Source: a virus (Duplodnaviria; Caudoviricetes). From it: a stretch of DNA of 43,807 bases. Shown piece by piece: positions 25,310 to 34,920 of the stretch (position 1 is the stretch's first letter; each line of letters begins with the position of its first letter). Where the stretch lies: positions 1-43,807 of IMG/VR virus record IMGVR_UViG_3300033146_001939; one strand, given 5' to 3'. The translations under genes and the position numbers were made by a program. The notes below the pieces were generated by a model. It saw only the letters and a program-made list of their open reading frames with translations, did no database searches and had not been told where the DNA came from.

Positions 25310-28045
25310 TTAAAAAGTTATTGTTGGACCAATAAATTCTTCTTCATTTATGTAAGCGTAAGATTCTACAGATATTCCAGTTAAACTAAGATTGACCTTT
25401 GGGGTCAAAGTTGAAACATCAAAAAGTGAATCACCGCCACCATTTTTAACAAGCCATCTAAATCCAGTAAAGACTTCTAATAAACTATTATCGAAGGCTA
25501 GAGAAATTGAGAGCGTGTTACCTGTTCGAATGATTTCAGAGTTGTTCGTTATTAAATTATTTATATCCGTGAGATTATACTCAAACTCAGTTTTGCCATC
25601 ATGAACAAAATATTCTCTTTCAGAATTACTATCATCAGCAATCAAAGCACTAAACAGATCAGCCGTCTGGTCAACAGATTGGTCTAAGAACGTTGTAATA
25701 TCTGCACGGTTCTTTTCATAACCATTAATTAATTTAATATGCTTGTGTTTATTAAGAAGGAAATTAAAAACTTTTATCTGCATATTATTAAAACGTAAAA
25801 CAAGATCAACTCTATAGGAATAGTTTTCATCTGTTTTATATCTTAGTTTTGGAACATTCGTTTTTATGATAGAATATAGTTGAGAATTTCTATGAACTTT
25901 CCAGATGTATTCATGAGCTATACCACTCTTAAGAAATTCTAATTCCCAGAATTTACCGAAGTATCTATATTTAAAGAGAGGTTTTTCTCCAGCGATCACT
26001 AAATCATCAAGCCCGTTCTCTGTGATAGTTCTGAAATTAGTTCTAAGATCGTGATAAAGTCCTTCTTCAGAACTAACTTTAATCGTAGAATTATACTCTA
26101 CGAGTGCTGAATAAGTCTGCTCTTTAAATGGAAATTCATGAAAATCGCTTAAATCATCGTAAATAGCATTTTGATGAAAATTCCCAAACCGTTTCACTGT
26201 TCCTTCTTCAGTCTGAAAGTCGGCAATATCTAAATAAGAAACCGGTGGTGTTTTAGCATAATATTCCCAGTTCTCTTCGAAATCCTCGACGGTCATGATC
26301 TTCATTTGATGCCAACTGTTTAAATCGTCTGGGACATAGATATAAAAATCATCCCACCCAAGAGGGTGAGTGATTTCTTTAATGTCATCATGCCAGAACT
26401 TTTCCGGTAGAGTAGTACTCACACGATAAACAAAATTTCGATATGGATCAGGATCTACAGAAACATAATAGTAGCCGATAGATGCACCAAAAATTGAAAC
26501 TAGAAATTGAATCTGCGTGACGTTACCCTTAAAGTAGTTCATTAATACGACGTTCTTAAATAATATTTCTTTAAGATTGTCACTTTCAGCGTCAGCAATA
26601 ACAGATAGAATAGGATCATTCACGTCATTAAGATACTTTGTGTATTCTGGCAAGTATTCTCTAATGAACAGCTCTTCTATGATTTTACTATTTTCAAATT
26701 TAAGAACAGTGTCAGTATCTTTCAGTCCCTGATCTACTTTAGTTTGATCAGGAATTTTAGAATAAGTTTTTGATTCTGGGTCAAACTCTGTTGGTTTATA
26801 TTCAAAATCAAAAACGTCCGCTACTTCATGCACAATCTCATCGATATCTATTAACATATCTAAATTTCTTGCTTTAAAATAGATATCATTAAAAAATTGA
26901 TTGAGATCTTCTTCTTGAACGACTGGCACCTCACCAACAATTTTAAAAATGCACGTTTTTGTGTCTAATGGAATTTCTAGCTCAACGTAACCAGAGGTTT
27001 GATAGGTTGCACTATTAACAAAATGCAAAATAAACGCTGTTTTAGAAAGACCGTTGTCGATCTGGCCACTCCAAAAATCCATTTCATTACTAAGTGCTTC
27101 ACGGTCAATTAGTGTTAGGAAAACATAATTAACGAAATCTTCAGATGAGTAAGTATCATAGAAATCAATATCATCAATTATATTATTCCACTTCGTGTGG
27201 GATTTGATTTTGGCAGTCGATGGACTAAGAACTAATTGGTAAGTATGTCCCTCAGAAAAATTATTTAAGAATGAGATAAAGAATTCATTACTCGTGCTCC
27301 AGTTATACGGAACGCTAATTTCGACCAACTCTTTATCTACGTCAACGTCTTCAGCAGCAGGAACATAACGATACATTTTAACTGAGTCGTTATTGATGCT
27401 TGATTTTCTTACATTAGTCTCAGTGAGAACCTGAAGTAGAGAAATATCTATAGGATTATCATATGGGTGAGCGAATAAACTTTCACCAGAATTAAGTACA
27501 TCGAAGATTTTAAAAGATTTCACGCCATCGAAATCTATTTGAACATTTATGTCTGTATATTGTGCAGTTTCAACGACTAAAATAGCATGGATTTTCTGCG
27601 AAAAATCTACTACTCCAAAGTTATGAAAAGGGACATCCTCTTTTTTCGCTTCGAGTTCACCAACCGCATTAAACTCTAGTCTATATTCGATATTTTCTGC
27701 TTCGATATCACTTACGTTTATTCTTGCGCCATTTTCTATAATCTCAACAAATGCACCCAGATCATTCTTATAAAAATGTAGACCATAATTTAGATCCATA
27801 TCATAAGGGTTTGTGATATTATTTGGAAACTTACAATCGCTAAAACCTAGAGCATAAACACAGTTTTCACCAGGGTTAACGTTATTAAAAGTTTTCATTC
27901 CAGAATTAGGAATTAGTTCAGAAAAGAGTCTACTTAAATAGGCTCGCCCTGTCCAAAATCCAGAAGGAGTTGTTTTCGTTAGATCTCCAGTGAATAGATT
28001 CTGATCTAAATTTTTCTTGGAAGTCCATTTAGGGTAAATATACAT
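25310..28045 (-). CDS. baseplate wedge protein gp7-like (with inserted domains)
   Basis: YFKGN...IQFLVSIFG...Y.V.T.LP..W...IK...HPLGW matches the gp7/gpI core KG....HP.G signature. Confidence 0.65.
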   Translation of the reverse strand: MYIYPKWTSKKNLDQNLFTGDLTKTTPSGFWTGRAYLSRLFSELIPNSGMKTFNNVNPGENCVYALGFSDCKFPNNITNPYDMDLNYGLHFYKNDLGAFVEIIENGARINVSDIEAENIEYRLEFNAVGELEAKKEDVPFHNFGVVDFSQKIHAILVVETAQYTDINVQIDFDGVKSFKIFDVLNSGESLFAHPYDNPIDISLLQVLTETNVRKSSINNDSVKMYRYVPAAEDVDVDKELVEISVPYNWSTSNEFFISFLNNFSEGHTYQLVLSPSTAKIKSHTKWNNIIDDIDFYDTYSSEDFVNYVFLTLIDREALSNEMDFWSGQIDNGLSKTAFILHFVNSATYQTSGYVELEIPLDTKTCIFKIVGEVPVVQEEDLNQFFNDIYFKARNLDMLIDIDEIVHEVADVFDFEYKPTEFDPESKTYSKIPDQTKVDQGLKDTDTVLKFENSKIIEELFIREYLPEYTKYLNDVNDPILSVIADAESDNLKEILFKNVVLMNYFKGNVTQIQFLVSIFGASIGYYYVSVDPDPYRNFVYRVSTTLPEKFWHDDIKEITHPLGWDDFYIYVPDDLNSWHQMKIMTVEDFEENWEYYAKTPPVSYLDIADFQTEEGTVKRFGNFHQNAIYDDLSDFHEFPFKEQTYSALVEYNSTIKVSSEEGLYHDLRTNFRTITENGLDDLVIAGEKPLFKYRYFGKFWELEFLKSGIAHEYIWKVHRNSQLYSIIKTNVPKLRYKTDENYSYRVDLVLRFNNMQIKVFNFLLNKHKHIKLINGYEKNRADITTFLDQSVDQTADLFSALIADDSNSEREYFVHDGKTEFEYNLTDINNLITNNSEIIRTGNTLSISLAFDNSLLEVFTGFRWLVKNGGGDSLFDVSTLTPKVNLSLTGISVESYAYINEEEFIGPTITF

Positions 28046-28058
28046 TTCAAACCTTTAT

Positions 28059-28382
28059 TTACATTGCATGTTCTGTTGGTTGCTGAGGTCCAAATTTGAT
28101 ATACTTCAAATAACCACTCTCGTGTGAATAAATTTTAATTCTATCAATATCATATTGTCCTCCGCCATCAGCTACACCTAAAAACACTAAATCAAATGAA
28201 TATGGAGTATTTAAAACAAAAGATCCTGTTTCATTTAAAATTAAATTACCTTGATTATCTAAAACTTCAATCTTTGAAAAATTTAATGAGCATTCTATAA
28301 AAATTTTGTCAGGTCTATAATCTGTAAACCATACATTATCTGAATATCGCAATGAGCAAATTGTGTCTATACTTACAGGCAT
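28059..28382 (-). CDS. hypothetical protein, paralogue of 28394..28813
   Basis: AGGAG SD; shared W..DY.PDKI...C, NQG.I and GPQQ motifs. Confidence 0.7.
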   Translation of the reverse strand: MPVSIDTICSLRYSDNVWFTDYRPDKIFIECSLNFSKIEVLDNQGNLILNETGSFVLNTPYSFDLVFLGVADGGGQYDIDRIKIYSHESGYLKYIKFGPQQPTEHAM

Positions 28383-28393
28383 GTTTTTCTCCT

Positions 28394-28813
28394 TTAGCTT
28401 GGCATGGTGTCTTCAAAAGACCAACCCTGACCAACTGTATAATTTACGCCATAATCAGGATCCCCAGAGAATTCATTAGTAGCATTCCACCAAGTTGGTA
28501 TTTGTTGAGGTCCACATTCAATTTTCATAATTACTCCACCTTCATTATTTGGTTCTGGGTCGTGCCAATCATGGTGGAATTCAATTTGTTCTATTCCAGT
28601 GTTAGTTCCATATAAATTTTCTAAATCGACCATAAAATATTCATAAGCAGGAATATTTAAAGAATTATCTTCAAATATCATTCCTTGATTACCCCAAATT
28701 CTTAATCCCCTCAATATAACATTACATTTTACACGTATTTTATCAGGTGTATAATCTAACCAATTACCTCTGGTCATTAAATTACAACTTGTTCCGCCTG
28801 CTGAAAGTCCCAT
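28394..28813 (-). CDS. hypothetical protein, paralogue of 28059..28382
   Basis: AGGAG SD; shared motifs; C-terminal WW...DP.YG...GW.F also found in 28827..29666. Confidence 0.7.
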   Translation of the reverse strand: MGLSAGGTSCNLMTRGNWLDYTPDKIRVKCNVILRGLRIWGNQGMIFEDNSLNIPAYEYFMVDLENLYGTNTGIEQIEFHHDWHDPEPNNEGGVIMKIECGPQQIPTWWNATNEFSGDPDYGVNYTVGQGWSFEDTMPS

Positions 28814-28826
28814 TTTTCAATTCTCC

Positions 28827-29666
28827 TTAAACTGCTGAAATAAATGTCCAACCACTGTCAGGATAGCTAGTAGTTGATGTTGAATTATCGTACCATTCAG
28901 AACCATATAGTGGATCTAATTCGGATTGTTCTGAATAATCCCACCAAATCATATTAGGAACAACAGTTTTTATCAATCCATTTTCGACGGTAACTGTTTC
29001 GTCTTCGGCAGTAATAAAACTCCCGGTGAAACCTGAAGTGTCTATTGAACCATTTATCCAACGTTCGTTTGTCCCGTCATAAGTTAAAATGTCACCATCG
29101 CTCGCGCCGCCAGTCTGTGTGTCGCCGAGAGTAGACATGTTCATACTTTTATTCTTCCATATGCCACTAGAAAACATAATAACTTGTTCTTCGGAAATAT
29201 CATTTAAGTTTGTATCTACAAGATCTTCTAAAGAAGCATTTAACCCGCTGAACGTGCTATTGATCCATTGGCCCTCGGAATAACGCACGATGTGATTATT
29301 TTGAAGACTTGTTAGATTAACATCATGTAGATTACCGAAATCAATTGCTCCGATCGCAGTGTTAATTATTGGAGTCACAGTAGCATTAGTCAAGAAATCA
29401 TCGTGATCATAATCAGTTTCATGTAACGTTATTTTGGCATCCATTTTCGGACCAGCGATAGCATCAACATTCTGGTTGATGAGCACCAAAGCAGACGCCT
29501 CAGTAAGATATTCTGTCATATCGTGATTATTATTCAGCTCATGATAAGCGAATAATTCAGTGATAGTGACATTATATTCTTGTTCGCCGGTCGTTATGAT
29601 TATCTCGAATTCTGAATCTATATGATTGCGATCCAAGTTGTTAAAATCAAAAATATATTTAGACAT
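28827..29666 (-). CDS. fibre-like protein with L.DL.D(V/T) repeats
   Basis: Three L.D........(I/V)..(Y/F)....W.N repeats and a VTVENGLI motif. Confidence 0.65.
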   Translation of the reverse strand: MSKYIFDFNNLDRNHIDSEFEIIITTGEQEYNVTITELFAYHELNNNHDMTEYLTEASALVLINQNVDAIAGPKMDAKITLHETDYDHDDFLTNATVTPIINTAIGAIDFGNLHDVNLTSLQNNHIVRYSEGQWINSTFSGLNASLEDLVDTNLNDISEEQVIMFSSGIWKNKSMNMSTLGDTQTGGASDGDILTYDGTNERWINGSIDTSGFTGSFITAEDETVTVENGLIKTVVPNMIWWDYSEQSELDPLYGSEWYDNSTSTTSYPDSGWTFISAV

Positions 29667-29681
29667 TTTGCATTCCTCTTT

Positions 29682-31082
29682 TTAAGAGTAAGTAATATAA
29701 TTATGGTCAGCTGACATTAACGCGCCATACTGTGATGATAAAATAGAATTTACTGGTTCAGCTTCAGCGAACGAGACATCTAAATTAACATATTGTTGGT
29801 AGTATTCATCGTAAACTTTTATCACGCATTCACGATATTCTCCGTTAGAAGTAATCGTAAATGTTCTATCATGATTATCAATAACAGTGGCATATGAGAA
29901 TTCGTGTTCAGCGTTCTTTAATACTATAAAAGGCTGCTGATAAGAACCACTAGGATATCTCGTTAATCCAATAACTTCAAACACAGAACCATCACCAACT
30001 CTCCAGTCTGAGATGATATGATAAGGTGATGGTGCAATTTCTACGTACTGAGTGCCCTTGAAAACCTTTCCATTTAGTTCCATGATGAACTGTATGTTAT
30101 AAAATCCTAATGCAGAAAATAAGTGAATAACCTCTCCATAATTATTTACAACCAGTGTAGTCGGGTTGGTTGGATCAGCATATGGATCATTAAATTCCCA
30201 CCTGAACTTCGCGTCTTCCACATTCAACCCACCAGTGCATGTTTGACCCGCCGAGCAATTTTCTTCACTCATATCCTCACATTCGATCGTCGAGTTGAAT
30301 CTTAAACCAAATTTAGAGAAAAAACCTAGAGGGTTAGTTATCATACCATTAATGTTATAAAATGCTCCCCCACCAGCGATTCGGTTGATTACGATCGTTC
30401 CAAGACCATCATAAGTCGTAGAAGAACCAGAGTTTATCGGTACAGTGTTAATTGGATAAGAGTTGATCGCTCCTGAGCCCTCATCACCCTCATCGAAAAT
30501 TAAATAAACGTCTATAACACAATTACTATCTTCAAAGAACTTTTTAATCGTTTTAGATTCTTTATTACATTCAAGCATTCTAAGATAATTCTGAACGATG
30601 CCTGGAATAAGCTCATATTTTTCAAAGTATCGCTGCGGATAATAACGTTTAGCAGATAAACTAATTAACTCACCTTTAATCTTAAACTTTTCTTCACCGT
30701 AAAGAGCGAGTTTGGTCAAAGTAAAACCAGAAAGAATATTTTTAAAAGATAATCTCACGTAGACTGGATTAATATCAATAAATCCGGTCCATCCTTTCTC
30801 TTCATCTTTCTCAAAGAGATACCAATTTATACCATCAATTGAATGTTCGATCCAGACTTCTTCATAAGCACCATCAATTTCCCATTGAATCTCAAAAATC
30901 TCAGTTGGCTCGAAAAAGTTAACTTCAACCCAGACGATTCCTTCTATTTGCTCAGCGAAAAACCAGCGTATGTCTTCAGGTTTCTTAACGTCAAATCTTT
31001 GAGCAGCGAGGACTGGTGTTAGCCCGTTACTATGCGAAAAGGTTATTTTATTATTTTTCTCTGAAATTTTCTCAAGAAACAT
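29682..31082 (-). CDS. baseplate-associated protein with discoidin-like N-terminus and PKD-like domain
   Basis: IEHSIDGINW (F5/8-like); FRWEFND...HLF...G.Y.I (PKD-like); lies between gp6 and gp7. Confidence 0.55.
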   Translation of the reverse strand: MFLEKISEKNNKITFSHSNGLTPVLAAQRFDVKKPEDIRWFFAEQIEGIVWVEVNFFEPTEIFEIQWEIDGAYEEVWIEHSIDGINWYLFEKDEEKGWTGFIDINPVYVRLSFKNILSGFTLTKLALYGEEKFKIKGELISLSAKRYYPQRYFEKYELIPGIVQNYLRMLECNKESKTIKKFFEDSNCVIDVYLIFDEGDEGSGAINSYPINTVPINSGSSTTYDGLGTIVINRIAGGGAFYNINGMITNPLGFFSKFGLRFNSTIECEDMSEENCSAGQTCTGGLNVEDAKFRWEFNDPYADPTNPTTLVVNNYGEVIHLFSALGFYNIQFIMELNGKVFKGTQYVEIAPSPYHIISDWRVGDGSVFEVIGLTRYPSGSYQQPFIVLKNAEHEFSYATVIDNHDRTFTITSNGEYRECVIKVYDEYYQQYVNLDVSFAEAEPVNSILSSQYGALMSADHNYITYS

Positions 31083-31091
31083 TTTTCGCCC

Positions 31092-34000
31092 TTAAATTTG
31101 AGTAGAAATTACTGGATTAATATTAGCTCTAACCACTTGGGTGTGAACAGAATCGAAATCTGTTAATGAACCAACTCTAGTTTTATAAGAATCCACAATC
31201 TCATAGTCGTTATCGGGAATTATGTTGATGACATCCATCTTTTTATCTTTTTCTAAGATGCCATAGTTATTAAAGTAGTCGCGAATGTGAGTTTGAACTA
31301 ATTCTAATGAATTGTTCCTGCCATTAGTTTTTCCTTCGATGATTCTGTTAAAAGTCATTTTTCCACTCTCATACTCAAACTGCCCGATCGTCGTGTCGTG
31401 ATAAATTCCGTAGCAGAAAATACCAAATCCTTGGATATCATATTCTTTACCCTCTTCATCGAAATGTTTAAAAACGAGCGGCTCAAAATAAACTTCTTTT
31501 CTTAATTCCAAACTAACAAAACTGTCTGGCTCAACGATACCATAGTTAAATTGACCGTCATATTGAAACATGCTAAATAAAGAATACTCATCGTTCCAAG
31601 AACAATGCACAACAGCGTCATCATTTTCACTAAAGACTAATGGAATATCAACCCCGAATCTATTTCTAAAAGTTCTAGTATATACAGGATAGAAAGAAAA
31701 TTTATTATCTTGCGCACTTTCATCAAAAGTAAACGCTCCAATAAGATTCTTTTCATTTACTCTGATAGAAGATATCGAAGAATTCATGGTGACTTGAACT
31801 CTGTACTTATCATAAACATCTATTGAGACGTCAAAGATTTTAAGAGCGGAATATCTTCCATCTCCGGAAATTTGTTTCACCTCAAAACCCTGGCCAGCTA
31901 ACCAAGTGGCCTCTTCTTCCAAAGTAAAAAATTCAAATTGCTCTATCCCTTCTTTTGATTTATCCCAAATCATAGTAGCGACTTTTTTGCGATCTTCGGT
32001 CGTGATATTATTAAAATGTATATTATACTCTACTATATTACCCTCAACAAGAAAGTTTTCGCTTTCACGAGTCAGAGAAACTGTGTACTGATTAGCTCCT
32101 TGGCCGTTAAATGAATTGGTTTCTTGAATCAAGAACGGGTTGCCTTCGTTGTTTTGTAAAACGAACAAATCAATAACATCAGTCGAATAAACGTCGTTAT
32201 TAAACAAGAATCTGCTTAAATTATCGTGCGTTAATGCTCCATGAACAGAAGTTCTTCCGGCGATAGCGTTTTCAATAAGTTCTGGTAGAAGATTATACTT
32301 ATTAAATTTTCTACGTATTCTAACACTTATATAGTTAATCCCGTTTAATGGATCAGCGTCAATAATATCGAATTCTGTGTTGACCTCTACTATGTTACGT
32401 AAGAACGCCTTAACGTCTATACCGTTTATGAGTTCAAAATCGTCGAAAGAAAATGTTTTATTTTCGTAAAATTTGATTTCACCAATAGCTAAACGAGTAC
32501 CGTTTCTATCATAGTTGATAGTGATGTCCCATTGCTGGAGAACATTATTTCCATCTCTAGGTGTTTCATTTATGCCAATCTCCCAATAATTATCATATAA
32601 ATCTTCTGCTGGATCTCTATTATGCCAGATCTTTGTGACGAAATCGAACGTAACTTCATCCTCATCTGAGACGTTAATTCTGAAAAGCTCAATGATACTT
32701 TGGTTATTCGCGTTATAATCTTCTATGATCTGCGCGTTCTTCTTAACGAAGTTCGTTGTTTTTGGTATCTGATTTTCGTTTCTTTGAACAACGCCATTCT
32801 CGATCAAATATTTAACAGGTAACCAATTCACCGTGTCCTTATCAATGTAGAATGAATCACGATTTAACACAAAATTGTAGTCAATGTCAATATCGGTTGC
32901 GATGACCGTGTCTATAGCGTCAACCTGCGATCTAACCTTTGAATTTCTAAACGGTTGTTGGAAACCTTTAAACTCAGTTTCAAAATATTCCACAAGAGTG
33001 TTATAAGCTTTTTCCTCAGTTTCTTTCAGGTCTGTCGGACTAATATTAGCGTTGACCTCAATTTTTGGTAGAATATCGATGTAAATATAAGTTGGTTTTA
33101 GAAAATATTTCTTAGTAGCAACAATACCAGAATCACCAAGTTCAGAAAGAATTACAGTTTCAGTTGCTTCAGTTAGATATAGTTGAAGATTCTCAGAGAA
33201 GTCTTCTGCTGTGATAGATCCAAGCGGTGTACAAGAGATGTACGTGTCGCCAAGGAATGATCTATTCCCTGGAACTAACGTATCACCACCGATAACAGCA
33301 GCAGAATCAATCATATGCCCATATTCGTTTAACAGTAAAGTCGTATAATCATTTTTCGTGACAGCACGACCAGCAGCGGCGAAGAATCTTGGTGCGTTAG
33401 CTTTAATTTTATCAAGAGTCTCAAAATTAAGACCACCAAATGAAGGTCCAGATGGCTCGAAACTTAAATTCTGTACGTCCACGAAATCTATGTCAAAACT
33501 TTTATTGATAACCACATTAGCAGGGATATCTAAATCAATCTCGCCGTTTGCTTCTGGTCCAAGAGTCTCAAGATATTCTACGACGATGGTTTCAGTCAAT
33601 GACGGTGCACGTCCCACAATTCCATTACCAAATATGATTTTTGGACAACCTTCTTGTACGATATCTTCTTCTACGAAATAAATTTCATTAGTCTTAATAT
33701 CGAAAAATGTTTTTGCGTGAGTCCACTGAACTCTTGTAGCTTCATCTTCCTGAGTAGTGTAGATAGAAACTTTCATATTATTCTCGTCTATTTTTATAGA
33801 TGGAATAACGAATGCTTGAAGATTTTTACCGTCGCCAAGCACACTGTATTTCTTAAACACGCCTTGAATCAACGCGACTCTTGGGCTTTGCTCGTTCGCC
33901 AATGAAGTTAGTTCAAAAGGATTTTTAGGGTTTCTGTAAAGTAAGATTGGTTCTGTGTTGGTCCATGTATAACCATCTTCAGATCCAGGGAAAACGCTGT

Positions 34001-34361
34001 TAGCTGGGATAATTAATCTAGACTCTTCAGAGAAAATCGTGTCTCCAGGGTTATAAGTAAAAACACCCTCGATTCTTGATGCTTGAATTCGTTTTGGTTT
34101 ATAACCTAAAGTTTTTGAAATCGAAACAGCATTTTTTCTTAGCGTAGTAGTATCTAAGAAATTATCATTAGCTACTGTAGAAACCATGTATGACATAAGC
34201 ATAGTGGTATATGCCATTGTGTCGATGATGTATGCTAAGTTTGAACCTTCAAAATCTAGCGGTGAGCTATAACTTCCTTGCTCAGTTAAAAACTTAACGA
34301 TTTCAGCACGAATGTCTTCAAAACGAATAGCATTTAAAGAAAACTGAAAAGTATCTGACAT
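31092..34361 (-). CDS. baseplate wedge protein gp6 (enlarged, 1089 aa)
   Basis: DFEGSNL..IID.MAY, FLDT..LRKNAVS..K.LGYKP, FGNGIVG, YL.T.G..ANG, IK.NAP......RAVT..DY. Confidence 0.9.
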   Translation of the reverse strand: MSDTFQFSLNAIRFEDIRAEIVKFLTEQGSYSSPLDFEGSNLAYIIDTMAYTTMLMSYMVSTVANDNFLDTTTLRKNAVSISKTLGYKPKRIQASRIEGVFTYNPGDTIFSEESRLIIPANSVFPGSEDGYTWTNTEPILLYRNPKNPFELTSLANEQSPRVALIQGVFKKYSVLGDGKNLQAFVIPSIKIDENNMKVSIYTTQEDEATRVQWTHAKTFFDIKTNEIYFVEEDIVQEGCPKIIFGNGIVGRAPSLTETIVVEYLETLGPEANGEIDLDIPANVVINKSFDIDFVDVQNLSFEPSGPSFGGLNFETLDKIKANAPRFFAAAGRAVTKNDYTTLLLNEYGHMIDSAAVIGGDTLVPGNRSFLGDTYISCTPLGSITAEDFSENLQLYLTEATETVILSELGDSGIVATKKYFLKPTYIYIDILPKIEVNANISPTDLKETEEKAYNTLVEYFETEFKGFQQPFRNSKVRSQVDAIDTVIATDIDIDYNFVLNRDSFYIDKDTVNWLPVKYLIENGVVQRNENQIPKTTNFVKKNAQIIEDYNANNQSIIELFRINVSDEDEVTFDFVTKIWHNRDPAEDLYDNYWEIGINETPRDGNNVLQQWDITINYDRNGTRLAIGEIKFYENKTFSFDDFELINGIDVKAFLRNIVEVNTEFDIIDADPLNGINYISVRIRRKFNKYNLLPELIENAIAGRTSVHGALTHDNLSRFLFNNDVYSTDVIDLFVLQNNEGNPFLIQETNSFNGQGANQYTVSLTRESENFLVEGNIVEYNIHFNNITTEDRKKVATMIWDKSKEGIEQFEFFTLEEEATWLAGQGFEVKQISGDGRYSALKIFDVSIDVYDKYRVQVTMNSSISSIRVNEKNLIGAFTFDESAQDNKFSFYPVYTRTFRNRFGVDIPLVFSENDDAVVHCSWNDEYSLFSMFQYDGQFNYGIVEPDSFVSLELRKEVYFEPLVFKHFDEEGKEYDIQGFGIFCYGIYHDTTIGQFEYESGKMTFNRIIEGKTNGRNNSLELVQTHIRDYFNNYGILEKDKKMDVINIIPDNDYEIVDSYKTRVGSLTDFDSVHTQVVRANINPVISTQI

Positions 34362-34362
34362 T

Positions 34363-34821
34363 TTATCTTACCTTTTCTAACGTTGTTTGAAATTTTACTG
34401 GTTCATTTGAAGTGTTAACAGAGAAATATATGTCAACAATAAAAGTTTGAACGTTTAAATCTGGAGTGACAACAACTTCTAAATTTATTGCTCTAGGCTC
34501 AAAATCCTGAATCGCGTTATAGATTTCGCGCATTAATTTGAAGCCGGTGACATCGTCCAACGGCTCAAAAAGATAACGATCTAAATCACAACCAAAACGA
34601 GGATTCATCACACGTTCTCCAGGCTGAGTTAAAAGAATGTTATAGATAGATTCCATAACAGCCTCTTCATTTATCACCAACGCTAAGTCATAAAATCCAT
34701 CCTCATTTCTGCTTTTAGTAGAAATGATGCCAATCTTATTAATGTCGAAATAATATTTCTCGACATCTTTAACATTAAAACGCTCGCGCTCCTCTTGAAT
34801 TTCAAAAAGTGTTTTACCCAT
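34363..34821 (-). CDS. baseplate wedge protein gp25
   Basis: AV.ESI.NILLT..GER...P.FGC.L...LFE.....I..FEPR. Confidence 0.9.
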   Translation of the reverse strand: MGKTLFEIQEERERFNVKDVEKYYFDINKIGIISTKSRNEDGFYDLALVINEEAVMESIYNILLTQPGERVMNPRFGCDLDRYLFEPLDDVTGFKLMREIYNAIQDFEPRAINLEVVVTPDLNVQTFIVDIYFSVNTSNEPVKFQTTLEKVR

Positions 34822-34849
34822 GATTTTAACCTAGTATAATGTTTTAAAT

Positions 34850-34857
34850 TATTTATA
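34850..34857 (-). promoter_or_regulatory. T4-type late promoter TATAAATA (start of baseplate operon)
   Basis: Exact motif between the gp32 terminator and gp25. Confidence 0.75.
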
Positions 34858-34862
34858 ACACT

Positions 34863-34897
34863 AAAAAAGCTGGTGTCTAACAAAAGACACCAGCTTT
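34863..34897 (-). terminator. Rho-independent terminator after gp32
   Basis: AAAGCTGGTGTCT-TTTGTT-AGACACCAGCTTT followed by a T run on the minus strand. Confidence 0.85.
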
Positions 34898-34920
34898 CTG
34901 GTTTCAATATGTGTTACTTT

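Noticed and set aside
31092-34361. Intein or intron explaining the long gp6
   Set aside because: No N-terminal C/S splice block, no HN-C/S/T junction and no LAGLIDADG/HNH motif seen; the frame is continuous.
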